NCBI GenBank assembly: GCA_951406725.2
Contig: OX597820.1
Coordinates: 11,718,001-11,782,000, forward strand
Source of the DNA: Octopus vulgaris
Lineage: Eukaryota
Length of the DNA stretch: 64,000 bases
Reading direction: 5' to 3'
Of the stretch, positions 51,527-64,000 are shown piece by piece. The notes beneath the pieces were generated by a model. That model did not search any database and had not been told where the DNA came from. It worked only from the letters and a program-made list of their open reading frames with translations. Position 1 is the first letter of the stretch, and every line of letters starts with the position of its first letter. Position numbers and translations under genes: made by a program.

Positions 51527-52454
51527 CAACAGGGTTACTAAGTACCTTGCAAGACAAAACCCCCTCAACTGGGAGGAATGAAGTAATATTGAGGGGATGG
51601 GGGTGGCTTTGTGCCAGTTGAGGGATTAAAAATATAGATGGTCAGAGATAGATGCTTTAGTGCATGGTCATGAAGAAGTAGTTTTTAGTAACATATAAGA
51701 CCTGTGATGAATTTTCCTTGAGACATATTTTAGGGGGAAAAAAAAAAGGTATCATATGCCATCAGATATGGTCCACATCAACTACACTTAGTTGACACTA
51801 TTTTTACTGCTCCGAAAATATGTTAAGGTTCTTGAAAATGCAACGAGTACTGCTTCTCCAGTTCAAACTTCTGAAATAAAAAGTAAATATGTTACCATAT
51901 GCAGAAATTTGATGTCGTGTTAACTGAGATGAAAGGTCAATCACAGCAGGTTGGTGGGGGGAAAACAGCCGCATGTTGAAGTCATTTGCTGATGTGACAC
52001 TATGAGTTAGCTGCACTGGGTCAGACATGTAATGCAAACAGACGACCCCCTACAAGGTGAAAAAGTCGACTAGCAGAAAAACAGAGAAGATATAGGAAGA
52101 ATTGTTGAGGAGGACTTAGGGCCTTACAGACCAGATAACAGAGGACTGAGAAGGATGTTAATAAGATGTGCTGTAGGTTGGTCCTGTTAGCATATGGTGG
52201 GGAGAGCTGCTGTTAATGATGTGAGTAGAGAAAAATAAATATTAGCTAAAAGCCTATTTTGTGGGTGGTAACTGAGAAGCTAGCATTTCAGTGTCTGTCA
52301 AGTTTTGCATTTGTTCTCATAAGCCAAACATAATTTTTGGTTGATGTTGTGAGAGTTAGGTTCATTACCATACAAGTTATTGATGCTTGCTGCCTTCCGA
52401 CTTGTAAGAATGTGACATAATTAGCACGACAAGGATTCCATTTCATCCGATCAA

Positions 52455-52855
52455 TATCATCATCATCATCGTTTAACATCCGCTTCCCATGCTAGCATGG
52501 GTTGGACGGTTCAACTGAGGGCTGGCGAACCAGATGGCTGCACCAGGCTCCAATCTTGATCTGGCAGAGTTTCTACAGCTGGATGCCCTTCCTAACGCCA
52601 ACCACTCCGAGAGTGTAGTGGGTGCTTTTACGTGTCACTGGCACGGAGCCAGTCAGGTGGTACTGGCAACGACCTCGCTCGAATCTTTTACACACGCCAC
52701 CGGCACAGGTGCCAGTAAGGCGATGCTGGTAATGATCACGCTTGAATGGTGCTCTTAATACCCTACAAGCACGGGGTTCGAGTGCCAGTAAGGCGACACT
52801 GGTACTGATCACACTCGAATGGTACCTTTTAAGTGCTACTGGCACGGAAGCCGGT
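52455..52855 (-). mobile_element. Family C (RTE-type 3' end)
   Basis: As 25705-26118. Confidence 0.87.
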
Positions 52856-53059
52856 TAGTTGCTCTGAATACTGGAATGGTTTCCCATAGCTTTTTTAAGG
52901 CATGTGGGATTTGAACTCAAAAGACGTACCAAAAAGTATTTCTGCTGCCATGCCAATAATTCGCTCACTCTCACTCGCAAAGCAATGCGAAATGAAGTGT
53001 TTTGCTTAATACAATATGCTGCCTGGGTCAGGAATCGAAGCCATGATCTAGTGAACTGT

Positions 53060-53287
53060 TTCGTTACTACCCACAAGGGGCTAAACATAGAGGGGACAAA
53101 CAAGGACTGACAAACGGATTAAGTCAATTATATCGAACCCTATGCGTAACTGGTACTTAATTTATTGACCCCGAAAGGATGAAAGGCCAAGTCGACCTTG
53201 GCAGAATTTGAACTCAGAACGTAACGTTAGACGAAATACGGTTACGCATTTCGTCCGGCGTGCTAACATTTCTGCCAGCTTGCCGCC
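53060..53287 (-). mobile_element. SINE family B monomer
   Basis: Reverse complement of family B. Confidence 0.88.
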
Positions 53288-54134
53288 TTTTTTTATACCT
53301 TGTCATATATGTGTGTGTGTGTGTGTGAGAGAAGAAAAAATGAAAAAGATCAATGAAGATGGAGGGGGAGAAATAACAGAAATGGTAGGCCTGTGTATGA
53401 TGTCACCAAATGTAGGACTTTGGCGGGGTGGGTGGGTAAAGTTGCTACTGTCATACTCTGTAAACATCTGCAGCTAAATGAGCGTTCACCCCACCCCCCT
53501 CAATACGCCACTGCCACTAAGTCCCACTAGCGCCATCAATACTCCACACACAGACCTCTACTTTCCTCCACTTGTCTTAATCACCCCCCCCTTTCTTTTC
53601 CATATTAACCCCCCTCCACCTCTCCCTGTATCCCACTCACCTTCAATTGTCTTTCATTCCTTTGTTTTCTCCCTTTTCATCACAACCAGACGTACTGTTG
53701 ACCTTTCTGACCTCTAGCATTCATGTAACTTGTGAGTGGGTCAGATTTTGTTTCATATCTCTATCTGTCTAGATTTGTCTACATACACACATTACACATG
53801 CGCATAAATACATACACACATTTCATCATCATCATCATCATCATCGTTTGACGTCTGTTTTCCATGCTAGCATGGGTTGGATGATTGGACTGAGGACTGG
53901 CGCACCAGATGGCTGCACCAGGCTCCAATCTTGATCTGGCAGAGTTTCTACAGCTGGATGCCCTTCTTATAATAACTGAACCTATCTTTGTATCAAGTAT
54001 GATGGTGAAGCTTTTACTAAGAATCTGAGTGTTTAGACAAGCAGTTTCGTTGTTAAGTACCCCATTTCAGAACAATTACAATGATGCTGAACCAATGAAA
54101 GCATGAAGACAGAATATTAAGTCTTTTACCCTTT

Positions 54135-54452
54135 GACTTATTCTTTGGAAACCTAGTACTTATTCTGTTGGTCTCTTTTGCCGAACCGTTAAGTTACGGG
54201 GACGGCAAACACACCAGCATCGGTTGTCAAGCGATGTTTGGGGGACAAACAGACACACAAACATACACACACACACACACATATATACATATATATGATG
54301 GGCTTCTTTCAGTTTCTGTCTACCAAATCCACTCACGAGGCTTTGGTCGGCCCGAGGCTATAATAGAAGACACTTGCCCAAAGTGTCACGCAATGGGACT
54401 GAACCCGGAATCGTGGTTCGTAAGCAAGCTACTTACCACAGCCACTCCTGCC
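54135..54452 (-). mobile_element. SINE family A
   Basis: Reverse complement of family A. Confidence 0.88.
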
Positions 54453-55904
54453 CATGTTTCAAAAAAATAATTGTTTCTAATTTTGGAACCAGACCAGCAA
54501 TTTTGGGGGGTGGGGGAGTTGGTTGATTACATCAATCCCAGTACTGAACAGGTATTTATTTTATTGACCCAGAGAGAATAAAAAAAGCAAAGTTAACCTC
54601 AGTGGGATTTGAACTCAGAATGTGAAGACGGAAGGAATGCCACAAAGCATTTTGTCCAACATGCTAACAAAACTTTCATACACACATTTTTATTGTTTTG
54701 CTTAAGCATAAGGATACTAATAACCTGAAGTTAGAACTCAAAATGCTTTAAGAAAAGAAAAAAAGCATTGAGTATAGAGCAGCAATAAAATATCAATATG
54801 AAAAGGGAATATGAAATTATGTAACAAACTTCATTGGCTTACAGCTGTTTCTGCTGCAATACAGACATGCACACATATATAGGCATGGCATCTTGGATAC
54901 AGTGCTTACTTTATAAACAAATGGCTTTGGCTTCTATCTCAATGCTTGACACCTTGTGTGTCTTCTACATACAGCCTTGGGCCTACAAATGCTTTATGAG
55001 TGAAATTCTAGGTACACATGTATGCACACACACACACACACACTCACACACATATATACAGGTGCTGGCGTGGCTGTGTGGTAAGAAGATTGTTTTCCAA
55101 CAACATGATTCCAGGTTCAGTCACATTGGTCGACACCTTGGCCATCAGTAGTATATAAAAGTGTGAATGGTTGCACACTAGACATCAGCACTTTAAACAA
55201 GTCACTCTGTGGGCTGTCCAAGGGTTTTGCTTACCTCCACTTTTTATGAAGATCATCCTGAAAAAGGAAACGGAGGAAAAAACTAAAATTCTTTGGCCCT
55301 CGTGTGTCAAATATAACAAGAGCCCTTCATATATATATATATATATACATATATGCACACACATACATATACAGACAGACACATGTACACAGAAACACAC
55401 ACCAGAATGGAAAACAGAAAAATGTGAAGCTTTTCCTAATCTTTTGTTACATATGCAAATATAAATTTGCCAGTAGAATTAATCACATGACCACTTGTAC
55501 TCAGATTTAGTGCAAAGCTTCAAGTCATTTGCCAAAAAAAAAAAAAATTTTTTTTAAATCAAGTTTTGTTTTTTTTAACAAACACACTGGAGAGTTTAGA
55601 CATCCACACATTACCTTCCCCACGTGCATGGGTAAAGATGCATTGGTTTGAAAAGGCAGTGCGGTTTGTGTATTTTGCAAAGCAGGCAAATACTTGCAAA
55701 GGAAATAAGTGAGATGCACCGTTTGCCTCTTTCATTTCTATTTTAATGTTGCTCAAAGGGAAGCCACTTCTAGCTACTTTAGAAAGGCAGTCACAAAATA
55801 ACAGGTTTAATTGCAGTTCAGGCTGGAATTTTAGTGGCATACCAAACTGAACACTCAGAATGCATATCTATTAGTCTGGGTCACCCTGACGAAAACTCTT
55901 CATG

Positions 55905-56290
55905 GGTGTGGCAGTGTGGTAAGAAACTTGCTTTCCAACTACATGGTTCCGGGTTCAGTCCCACTGCACGGCACCTTTGGCTAGTGTCTTCTACTATAGA
56001 CTCATGCTGACCAAAGCTTTGTGAGTGGATTTGGTTGATGGAAACTGGAAGAAGCCCATCATATATATAAATATATATCTGTGCATCTGTGGTTGTGCCC
56101 CCCACCATCACTTGACAAGCGATGCTGGTGTGTTTATGTCTCCATAACTTACTTTGGCAAAAGAGACTGATAAGATAAGTACTAGGCTTACAAAAAATAT
56201 GTCCTGGGGGTCGATTTGCTCGACTAAAGGTGGTATACTCCAGCATGGCCACAGTCAAATGACTGAAACAAGTAAAAGAGTAAAAAGAGA
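55905..56290 (+). mobile_element. SINE family A
   Basis: Colinear, CpG-decayed. Confidence 0.88.
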
Positions 56291-56479
56291 GAGATATATC
56301 ATCAACATCATTTAATATCTGTTTTTAATGCTGGCAGGGGTTGGATGGTTTGGCAGGAGCTGGTAACACTCCCCCAAACCCTGGAACTATTGAATGAAGT
56401 CCCCACTACCAGATGCAGTTTAAAGTCATACCCTGGACATACACATATACATTATTGCATATTCTGAGAGCCCTTTCAA

Positions 56480-56803
56480 TCATGACACAAACCATGGGAT
56501 TGCACCTAGAAAGTTACCCTCCCAGGAACAAGTCTAGGCAAGGTTGTTTATGGAAGACCAGCAGTCGCCCTTGCATACCAGCCTCCCCTCTCCACGCCAC
56601 TGATGTTATCCAAGGGAAAAGCAAAGGGGCCGATACAGCTTGGCACCTGTGACGTCGCAACTCATTTCTACAGCTGAGTGAACTGGAGTAACATGAAATA
56701 AAGTGCCTTGCTCAAGAACACAACACGCAGCCCGGTCCGGGATTCGAACTCACAACCTCATGATTGTAAGCTTGATGCTCTAACCATTGAGCCATGCACC
56801 TTC
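56480..56803 (-). mobile_element. SINE family F (tRNA-like head, TTCTTGAGCAAG.CACTT CORE-like block)
   Basis: Minus strand GGCTCAATGGTTAGAGC...GAGTTCGAATCCC; homologous to 62165-62385 and tail fragment 59820-59905. Confidence 0.85.
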
Positions 56804-57224
56804 ACATTAGTGCATATATATATATGCATTAATACACACACACACACGAATACATATCTACACATAGGTATACATACATACTTATATATGCACACACATA
56901 TATACACACACATGTATGCACAATGTGCCAAGTGTCAAACATGAGAAATATTTCATGATGCATGTTAATGCCAATGACACCAACCTTTCTGATTGTCTTG
57001 CAATGACATATTAGCCACCCCCCACACCCACCCGCTCCTTCCAACCTCCACCTGATGTATGGTTGCAACGTTTTGACACATATGGTGGAATCTTTCCTCT
57101 CTTGTATTGATAAAGATGTCATAACAGAAAAAAAAAGAAAAGAAGCACACACGCACACACAAAAAAAAACAAACTGTTAATGAGTTTGCATTTGCATGTA
57201 AAAAAAGCATTTAATTGCACATAG

Positions 57225-57610
57225 GTGCAGATGTGGCAGTGTGGCTGATAAGCTTTTCAACCACCTGGTTCTGGGTTCAATCCCACTGCGCGGCACCTTG
57301 GGCAAGTGTCTTCTACTATAGCCTCGAGCTGACCAAAGCCTTGTGAGTGGATTTGGTAGATGGAAACTGAAAGAAGCCCATTGTGTGTGTGTGTGTGTGT
57401 GTGTGTGAGTATATCTGATGTAAACACACCCCACCACTTGACAACTGGTGTTGGTGTGTTTACATCCACATAAGTTAGCAGTTTAGCAAAAGAGACAGAT
57501 AAAATAAGTACCTGGCTTTAAAAAGAAAAAGTACAGGAGATGATTCCTTTGACTAAAAATTCTTTAAGGCAGTGCCCCAGTATGGCCACAGTCCTATGAC
57601 TGAAACGAGG
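57225..57610 (+). mobile_element. SINE family A
   Basis: Colinear, CpG-decayed. Confidence 0.87.
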
Positions 57611-57829
57611 AACAAAAAAAAAAATCAAGGTTTTTATGTTACATGTATTATATGCACACACACGATTTTAGCTTGTATGTGATGTCTGTGCATAAATTAA
57701 ATATAGGTAGTAATTTTTTAAAGCAGATTATTTATATGCTAATATATTCATATGCAAATCATATATGTAAATTCTATGCATGTCTGTACGTACATATAAA
57801 GGGAAAATAGGTTGACATATTCATACAGT

Positions 57830-58002
57830 ACATTATTTACATTTGACGGATATTTGTCCTCATCTTGTTTGTTGTCAACACAACATTTCGGCTGGAATAC
57901 CCTCCAGCCTTCTTCAGGTGTCTTGGGGAAATTTTGAACCTGGGTTCTCATTCCTAAGGTATTTTTCGATGAGGACAAATATCTGTCAAATGTAAATAAT
58001 GT
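57830..58002 (-). mobile_element. Short PLE-like pLTR insertion with inverted terminal duplication
   Basis: 35-bp inverted repeats 57830-57864 and 57968-58002; TCATACAGT duplicated at 57821-57829 and 58009-58017; internal hammerhead. Confidence 0.8.
57877..57922 (-). ncRNA. Minimal type I hammerhead ribozyme (PLE-type)
   Basis: GACAC-CUGAAGA-A-GGCUGGA(GGGUAU)UCCAGCC-GAAA-UG-UU^-GUGUU: intact core, 7-bp stem II, 5-bp stem I. Confidence 0.85.
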
Positions 58003-58230
58003 GAATACTCATACAGTGTTTCATTCTGATCAGATTTTTCTTTCAGATGCATCTAAATACATCACTCGTTCGTTTTTTAACTGTTAATTGCTTTCTGTCA
58101 TATAAACACGGAAAGCTTGTCACAGAAACACAAATCCAAACACTTACACATTCATGCGCACACCTGATAAAGCAATCCATTCAGGGGACCAGCCACCCAT
58201 AATGCCTTAAGATAAGTGAGTAAGATACCT

Positions 58231-58461
58231 ATTTCTTTACTACCCACAAGGGCCTAAACACAGAGAGGACAAACAAAGACAGACAAACGGATTAAGTCGA
58301 TTATATCAACCCCAATATGTAACTAGTACTTATTTAATCGATCCCGAAAGGATGAAAGGCAAAGTCGACCTCGGCAGAATTTGAACTCAGAACGTAACGG
58401 CAGACAAAATACCACTAAGTATTTCGCCTGGCGTGCTAACGATTCTGCCAGCTCACTGCCT
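58231..58461 (-). mobile_element. SINE family B monomer with 18-bp TSD
   Basis: TAAGTGAGTAAGATACCT at 58213-58230 and 58462-58479. Confidence 0.93.
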
Positions 58462-58541
58462 TAAGTGAGTAAGATACCTTGTTTTTGCTGGTGGCACTAA
58501 TTAACACTTTTAACAGTCAAATCTCTTGAACTGCTCCGTAA

Positions 58542-58932
58542 TCTTTATATATAAAAGTGACGTTGTGTGCTGTCTGTCTCCTACGATTTAGATTCCTAAC
58601 TACTCCCACATTTTGCGGTGCAGTTTAACCAAAACCGGGTATCTTATAGTCGTGATTCATATCGAGCCCTTCTGGGTATTAGCACGCGTCTACGATGAGT
58701 CTACGATTAAAAAAAAAATTTACCATCACTTTTTCCCATTTTTAATGCATTTTTTTGCTATTATATAAGGGAAGTAACTCTCTAAAAATTTATTAAATCT
58801 CAGAACGTAAAAAGCTACACCCCACCCTTTGTGGTTAGCCATATTGAGATGGCTATTATACTTTACATCTCTAAAAATGCTTATAGAGTTATTTCCCTTA
58901 CAAACCCGAGCAATGCCGGGCGATACTGCTAG
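58542..58932 (+). mobile_element. Non-autonomous Helitron
   Basis: A|TCTTTATATATAAAA ... CCCGAGCAATGCCGGG hairpin ... TGCTAG|T. Confidence 0.85.
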
Positions 58933-59142
58933 TACTTATTATTCAAAGACTGTCAGGACAGACAAACAGGCAAACTTTTCAAACATTCCGTCACACATTA
59001 TTGTTTGCTGTAATGTCAGATTTGAACCTCTTGAAGCAAAATTCACATTACGGACATTACCTTCGTTCAATTTAGTTTAGACACTGAAAAGGAATGAAAA
59101 GAAATCTGAACTTTTAAGTGAATCATTTTTAAAAGGAGTTTT

Positions 59143-59301
59143 ACACTCTCGGAGTGGTTGGCATTAGGAAAGACATGCAGCTGTAGAAACACTGCCAGAT
59201 CAGACTGGAGCCTGGTGCAGCCTCCTGGCTTCCCAGACCCTGGTCGAACTGTCCAACCCATGCTAGCATGGGAAATGGACGTTAAATGATGATGATGATG
59301 A
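59143..59301 (+). mobile_element. Family C tail, 5'-truncated
   Basis: TACACTCTCGGAGTGGTTGG...GGACGTTAAATGATGATG. Confidence 0.85.
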
Positions 59302-59904
59302 TCACCACCGAAATGTCTGGAAATTTGCTATTTTAAAATTCTAGTTATAGGTTACATGTGTGTGTGTGTGTGCAAGTGTAAAATTTTGTCCAACATGCTT
59401 ATTGTGTTTTATTATGTCCCATAACTCTTCCTTCAATGACTGGCCCTCCGGCCCTCCCTCTGTCTCTCCAAGAGTGCATCTGTGTTATGGCTAAGTAAGG
59501 TTTAGCATTTTTAGTCGTAATCTGCTCCTAACATCTGTTACGTGTCTGATGACAAAATGAAATATTGTGTTATACTTGGCAGAGTTTGGCCTTGCGATTA
59601 AAAGATCACTGAAGTGTTCGCCAACCTTTGACCAGTTTGGAAGAGATGAGATAGACAGTCAAAACAATTTGTGGAGCTAAAGTGTGTGTATGCAACCAGC
59701 CGTCCCTTGCAATGTGTAAGCTAATGTGGGCAGATGTAGGGTTGTGGTGGCTATGATGTTGATATGGTAGGATTTGTAGGATTAAGTAGTACAGGGAAAT
59801 ATAATCTACATAAATGACACCCCCCGTTGGTCATGAATGACCATGGGATTGCACCGAGAAAGTTACCCTCCAAGGTACAAGTCCAGGCAAGGTTGTTTAT
59901 GGAA

Positions 59905-60132
59905 GGCGAGCTGGCAGAAACGTTAGCACGCCGGACAAAATGCGTAGTCGTATTTCGTCTGTCGTTATGTTGGGAGTTCAAATTCTGCCAAGGTCGACTT
60001 TGCCTTTCATCCTTTCGGGGTCGATAAATTAAGTACCAGTTACGTACTGGAGTTGATATAATCGACTTAATACCTATGCCTATCCTTGTGTGTCCGCTCT
60101 GTGTTTAGCTCCTTGTGGTTAGTAAAGAAATA
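59905..60132 (+). mobile_element. SINE family B monomer
   Basis: Head abuts an inverted family F tail fragment. Confidence 0.88.
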
Positions 60133-60397
60133 GATGTGTGTGTGTGTGTATGTGTGTGTGGCAGTGGTATTTGAGAGAGGAGAGATAGCTTTGTGTTGAG
60201 AGGTTAAAAGTATGATTGAAAGACAAGCATAGAGGTGATGCATGGCTTCCCTGCATTATATAAGAGTGGATGAGAGTAGCTGGGAAGAAAGATGGTAGTG
60301 AAGTGGTAGCAGAGCAAGAGTCTGATAGTATGGATGGCGAGAGAAAGACAAAGCGAGAGCACTTTAAACATGATGATGGTGGAGATATATGTGTGTA

Positions 60398-60966
60398 AAG
60401 GCAGTGAGCTGGCAGAAACGTTAGTATGCCTGGTGAAATGCGTAGCCGTATTTCGTCTGCCGTTACATTCTGAGTTCGAATTCTGCCGAGGTCGATTTTG
60501 CCTTTCATCCTTTCGGGGTCGATATAATCGACTTAATCCGTTTGTCTGTCCTTGTTTGTCCTCTCTGTGTTTAGCCCCTTGTGGGTAGTAAAGAAATAGG
60601 TATTTCGTCTGCAGTTACGTTCTGAGTTCAAATTCCACCGCGGTCGACTTTGGCTTTCATCCTTTCTGGGTTGATAAATTAAGTACCAGTTACGTACTGG
60701 GGTCGATGTAATCGACTTAATCCATTTGTCTGTCCTTGTTTGTCCTCTCTATGTTTAGCCCCTTGTGGGTAGTAAAGAAATAGGTATTTCATCTGCCGTT
60801 ACGTTCTGAGTTCAAATTCTGCCGAGGTCGAATTTATCTTTCATCCTTTCGGGGTCTATAAATTAAGTACCAGTTACGCACTGGGATCGATGTAATCAAC
60901 TTAATCCGTTTGTCTGTCCTTGTTTGTCCCCTCTATGTTTAGCCCCTTGTGGGTAGTAAAGAAATA
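60398..60966 (+). mobile_element. SINE family B trimer (one head, three bodies) with TSD
   Basis: Units restart at about 60600 and 60784; GGTGGAGAT.T.TGTGTGT at 60378-60396 and 60967-60985. Confidence 0.9.
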
Positions 60967-62164
60967 GGTGGAGATCTGTGTGTGTGTGTAACTTGGCTGT
61001 TCAGAAGAATGTGATCTGTTGTAGTCATAGTAGAAGAGACAAAGAGATGACACGTTATGTTGGTGAGTTAGCTGTAGAGTTTGATAATCTTAATACAGCT
61101 TATTTAGCAGGACATCAGATCAGCAGCTGCAGCAGTAGTGGCTTATGAATATTGCAAAAGATCTGCTTTGTTATTCTTTGTTGTTGTTTTGTCAAAGATT
61201 CTATTTGATCAAAAGTATTATCATCAAAGAACCATAAGTGTTCTACATCAAAAAAAAAAAAAATAGTTTCACAAACCCAGTTTGCATCAGTTCTTAGAGC
61301 AGGGGAAAAATAGATATTCTAGATACTCTGGCAATAATATCTGCTATGGAACTAGCATTCTGTCTGGCGAAAGATTTTGTCAATCACACACTTAACAGCA
61401 GAACACTGGAATTAAGCACTCACCATTTTCGATGACATAGAAGCCACACTGTTTTTCAAAATAATCACCTTGGGCCCTATGTACAATGTTGGGCCTCTCA
61501 TAAGCTAATTTTTTTTTAAACGTTTTGTCTGAAATTGGGGTGCATCTAATATACCCATGTGTCTTTTACGCCATCAAATATGGTACTAAACAATTCCAGA
61601 GGGCTGGAGGAGATATTTGCCATTAATATTCATGTCTGCCTGTCTTAAATCTAAACAGTAAATAATGTACACTCTAAAAGAATTAGAGCTTTTAGCTTTT
61701 GATTTACAGGTAAATTGACTGAAAAGTTAGGGCAAAATCAGACAAAATGCCTTGTGGTATTCGTTCCAATTTACCATGTTTTGAATTCAAATCCTATCAA
61801 AATTGACTTTAAAATTACATCTACCCTGGGGTGGTTGCTAGCATTCAGATTACTCTGTCAGATGTAATGTTTGTTGGGTGGGGGCTAATGTTTCCAATCT
61901 TGTAGCTTCAAGATTTTGATGATTTGATTGCTTATTTTCAGAATGACATTGTAGGGTAGGTGTGAGAGGCTGAATCTGACCAGTTTTAACATAAAACAGG
62001 GAGAATATTTGGGCCTGGTATGGCTGGTTTAAATGATAAAGGGTCAAAGTATCAGTCAAGTACTGGGTACTACCCTCTCTCCCTCAACTGTCCCATTTTG
62101 GCTGTTCTGTTGGTTTAAAAGTGGGACAGCTGAGAGAGCAATAGTATTTGCTAGTCACTATACA

Positions 62165-62580
62165 AGCATCGCTCAGTGGTTAGAGCGCCGAGCTTATGAT
62201 TGTGAGGTTGTGAGTTCGAATCCTGGACTGGGCTGTATGTTGCGTTCTTGAGCAAGACACTTTATTTCATGTTGCTCCAGTTCACTCAGCTGTAGAAATG
62301 AGTTGCGACGTCACAGGTGCCAAGCTGTATCGGACCCTTTGCCTTTCCCTTGGATAACACTGGTGGCATGGAGAGGAGAGGCCGTCATATATATGTGTGT
62401 CTGTGTTTGTACCCCAACATTGCTTGACAACCGATGCTGGTGTGTTTACATCCCCGTCACTTAGCGGTTCAGCAAAAGAGACCAATAGAATAAGTCCTGG
62501 GGGGGGGGGGGTCGATTTGCTTGACTAAAGGCACTGCTCCAGCATGGCTGCAGTCAAATGACTGAAATAAGTGAAAGAAT
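62165..62580 (+). mobile_element. Chimeric SINE: family F 5' part joined to family A 3' half
   Basis: Family F to ...GGAGAGGAGAGGCC, then CGTCATATATATGTGTGTCTGTGTTTGT (family A). Confidence 0.8.
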
Positions 62581-62794
62581 AAATGATCAGACATCGGAAT
62601 ATCGATCAATGTGTCTGAGACAGATTCATTTACTTACTTTTCATGACCGATTCCGAGTCAAGTTATGGGGGATAAAAACCTAAGAATATTCGTAAGGGAT
62701 AATATAGTCATTGTTTGAGTAACAACAGCATCAGAAATCATGTCACACACACATTACTATATACTATCTTGAAATAAGGAATTGTAAATATTTG

Positions 62795-62962
62795 GCAGGA
62801 GTGGCTGTGTGGTAAGTAGCTTGGTAACCAACCACATGGTTCTGGGTTCAATCCCACTGTGTGGCATCTTGGGCAAGTGTCTTCTGCTATAGCCCCGGGC
62901 CGACCAATGCCTTGTGAGTGGATTTGGTAGACGGAAACTGAAAGAAGCCTGTCGTATATATG

Positions 62963-62999
<37 letters not shown>

Positions 63000-63206
63000 T
63001 TGTGTGTCTGTGTTTGTCCCCCTAGCATTGCTTGACAACCGATGCTGGTGTGTGTTTACGTCCCCGTCACTTAGCGGTTCGGCAAAAGAGACCGATCGAA
63101 TAAGTACTGGGCTTACAAAGAATAAGTCCCGGGGGTCGATTTGCTCGACTAAAGGCGGTGCTCCAGCATGGCCACAGTCAAAATGACTGAAACAAATAAA
63201 AGAGTA
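62795..63206 (+). mobile_element. SINE family A
   Basis: Near-identical subfamily to 1394-1803 and 15689-16080 (GCTATAGCCCCGGGCC, CCTAGCATTGC). Confidence 0.92.
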
Positions 63207-63544
63207 ACTTTCAAACCTGAATTCTACACCGTGAGTAGAAAGTCTGGATCAGTGAAGACGTCAGGGGAGGAGGTGATATCAAGGCTGGGAAAGACGGGGG
63301 GTGGGGGATATTTAATTAATTTTTAGAACTGAAAATTAGATGGTAACTGCAGCAGTTGTTATTGCTGCATTAGCCAGTGCAGTTGCAGTAGCAGAAGCAG
63401 TGGCGGCAGTTGTTGCGTCTCATGACATGCATATGTTTGCTTAATTTGCCATGCATACAGTGGACGCATGCTGCCGTATGCCAGCCAGCCAGCCAGCCTA
63501 TCACCTTTTTTCTTCCACGACTCCACTCCAACTTTTTATTACTA

Positions 63545-63937
63545 CTCGCAGCATCGCCCGGCGTTGCTCGGGTTTGTTTCGACCCTTTAGAATTGGAATT
63601 TTTGAAAAATAAAAATTCTGCATTATGTAGCTTGTTATTCTCTTTAAGTGAACATTTTTCTGGTTGAAAAACACCGAAAAATGGTAACACAGCAGTTAAA
63701 AAAAATCGTAAAAAATAGGGATTTTCATAGAAAAAAAAGCACCTTTTTGATGTAAATAATTTTTGGTCTTAACATGGTCAGATTTGAATTTTTTCTTCTA
63801 CGGAAGGAAGAGCAAGCCTTCTTCTATCATACTCTCAATTTTGGTCAACTTGCGCCGCAGGGTCTCGGAGGAGATAGTGTTAGTTGAAGGCAACCAAACC
63901 TGCCATACACAGACAACTTCAGCTTTATATATAGAGA
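63545..63937 (-). mobile_element. Non-autonomous Helitron related to 58542-58932
   Basis: Minus strand TCTCTATATATAAAGCTGAAGTTGT ... ACAAACCCGAGCAACGCCGGGCGATGCTGCGAG|T (CTAG>CGAG). Confidence 0.8.
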
Positions 63938-63973
<36 letters not shown>

Positions 63974-64000
63974 GTTACGTTCACTTGTTGTGACATGTAT

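Noticed and set aside
59541-59575. CTGATGA-CAAAAT-GAAA hammerhead-like motif
   Set aside because: No stem II and only weak G-U-rich stems; compatible with chance.
61530-61586. Possible pogo/Tc2-type MITE terminus (...CAAATATGGTA)
   Set aside because: Only one degenerate end seen; no matching TIR found.
62165-62240. tRNA gene candidate (also 5820-5890, 22255-22326, 56730-56800)
   Set aside because: A/B boxes present but no proper acceptor stem, and each continues into a SINE body.

Overview
AT-rich, repeat-saturated eukaryotic DNA with no recognisable intact host protein-coding gene. The SINE repertoire and microsatellite load suggest an octopus/coleoid cephalopod (inference from my recognition of the repeats, not verified by a search). 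Contents: dozens of tRNA-headed SINE copies in about four families; 3' ends of RTE-type LINEs; a decayed Tigger/pogo transposase; three mariner derivatives; three non-autonomous Helitrons; Kolobok-, hAT- and foldback-type MITEs; very long TA/CA microsatellites. The most interesting signal is a set of about five unrelated short Penelope-like (PLE) segments carrying hammerhead-ribozyme motifs (8738-8775, 18301-18343, 22947-23003, 31616-31988, 57877-57922). One has a compensatory U3-A8 core. A second copy of that family (41221-41400) sits between 13-bp TSDs with a 5' inversion whose junction overlaps the predicted self-cleavage site. All structures were folded by eye, coordinates of repeat copies are approximate, and nearly all long ORFs in the supplied track are microsatellite or SINE read-through.
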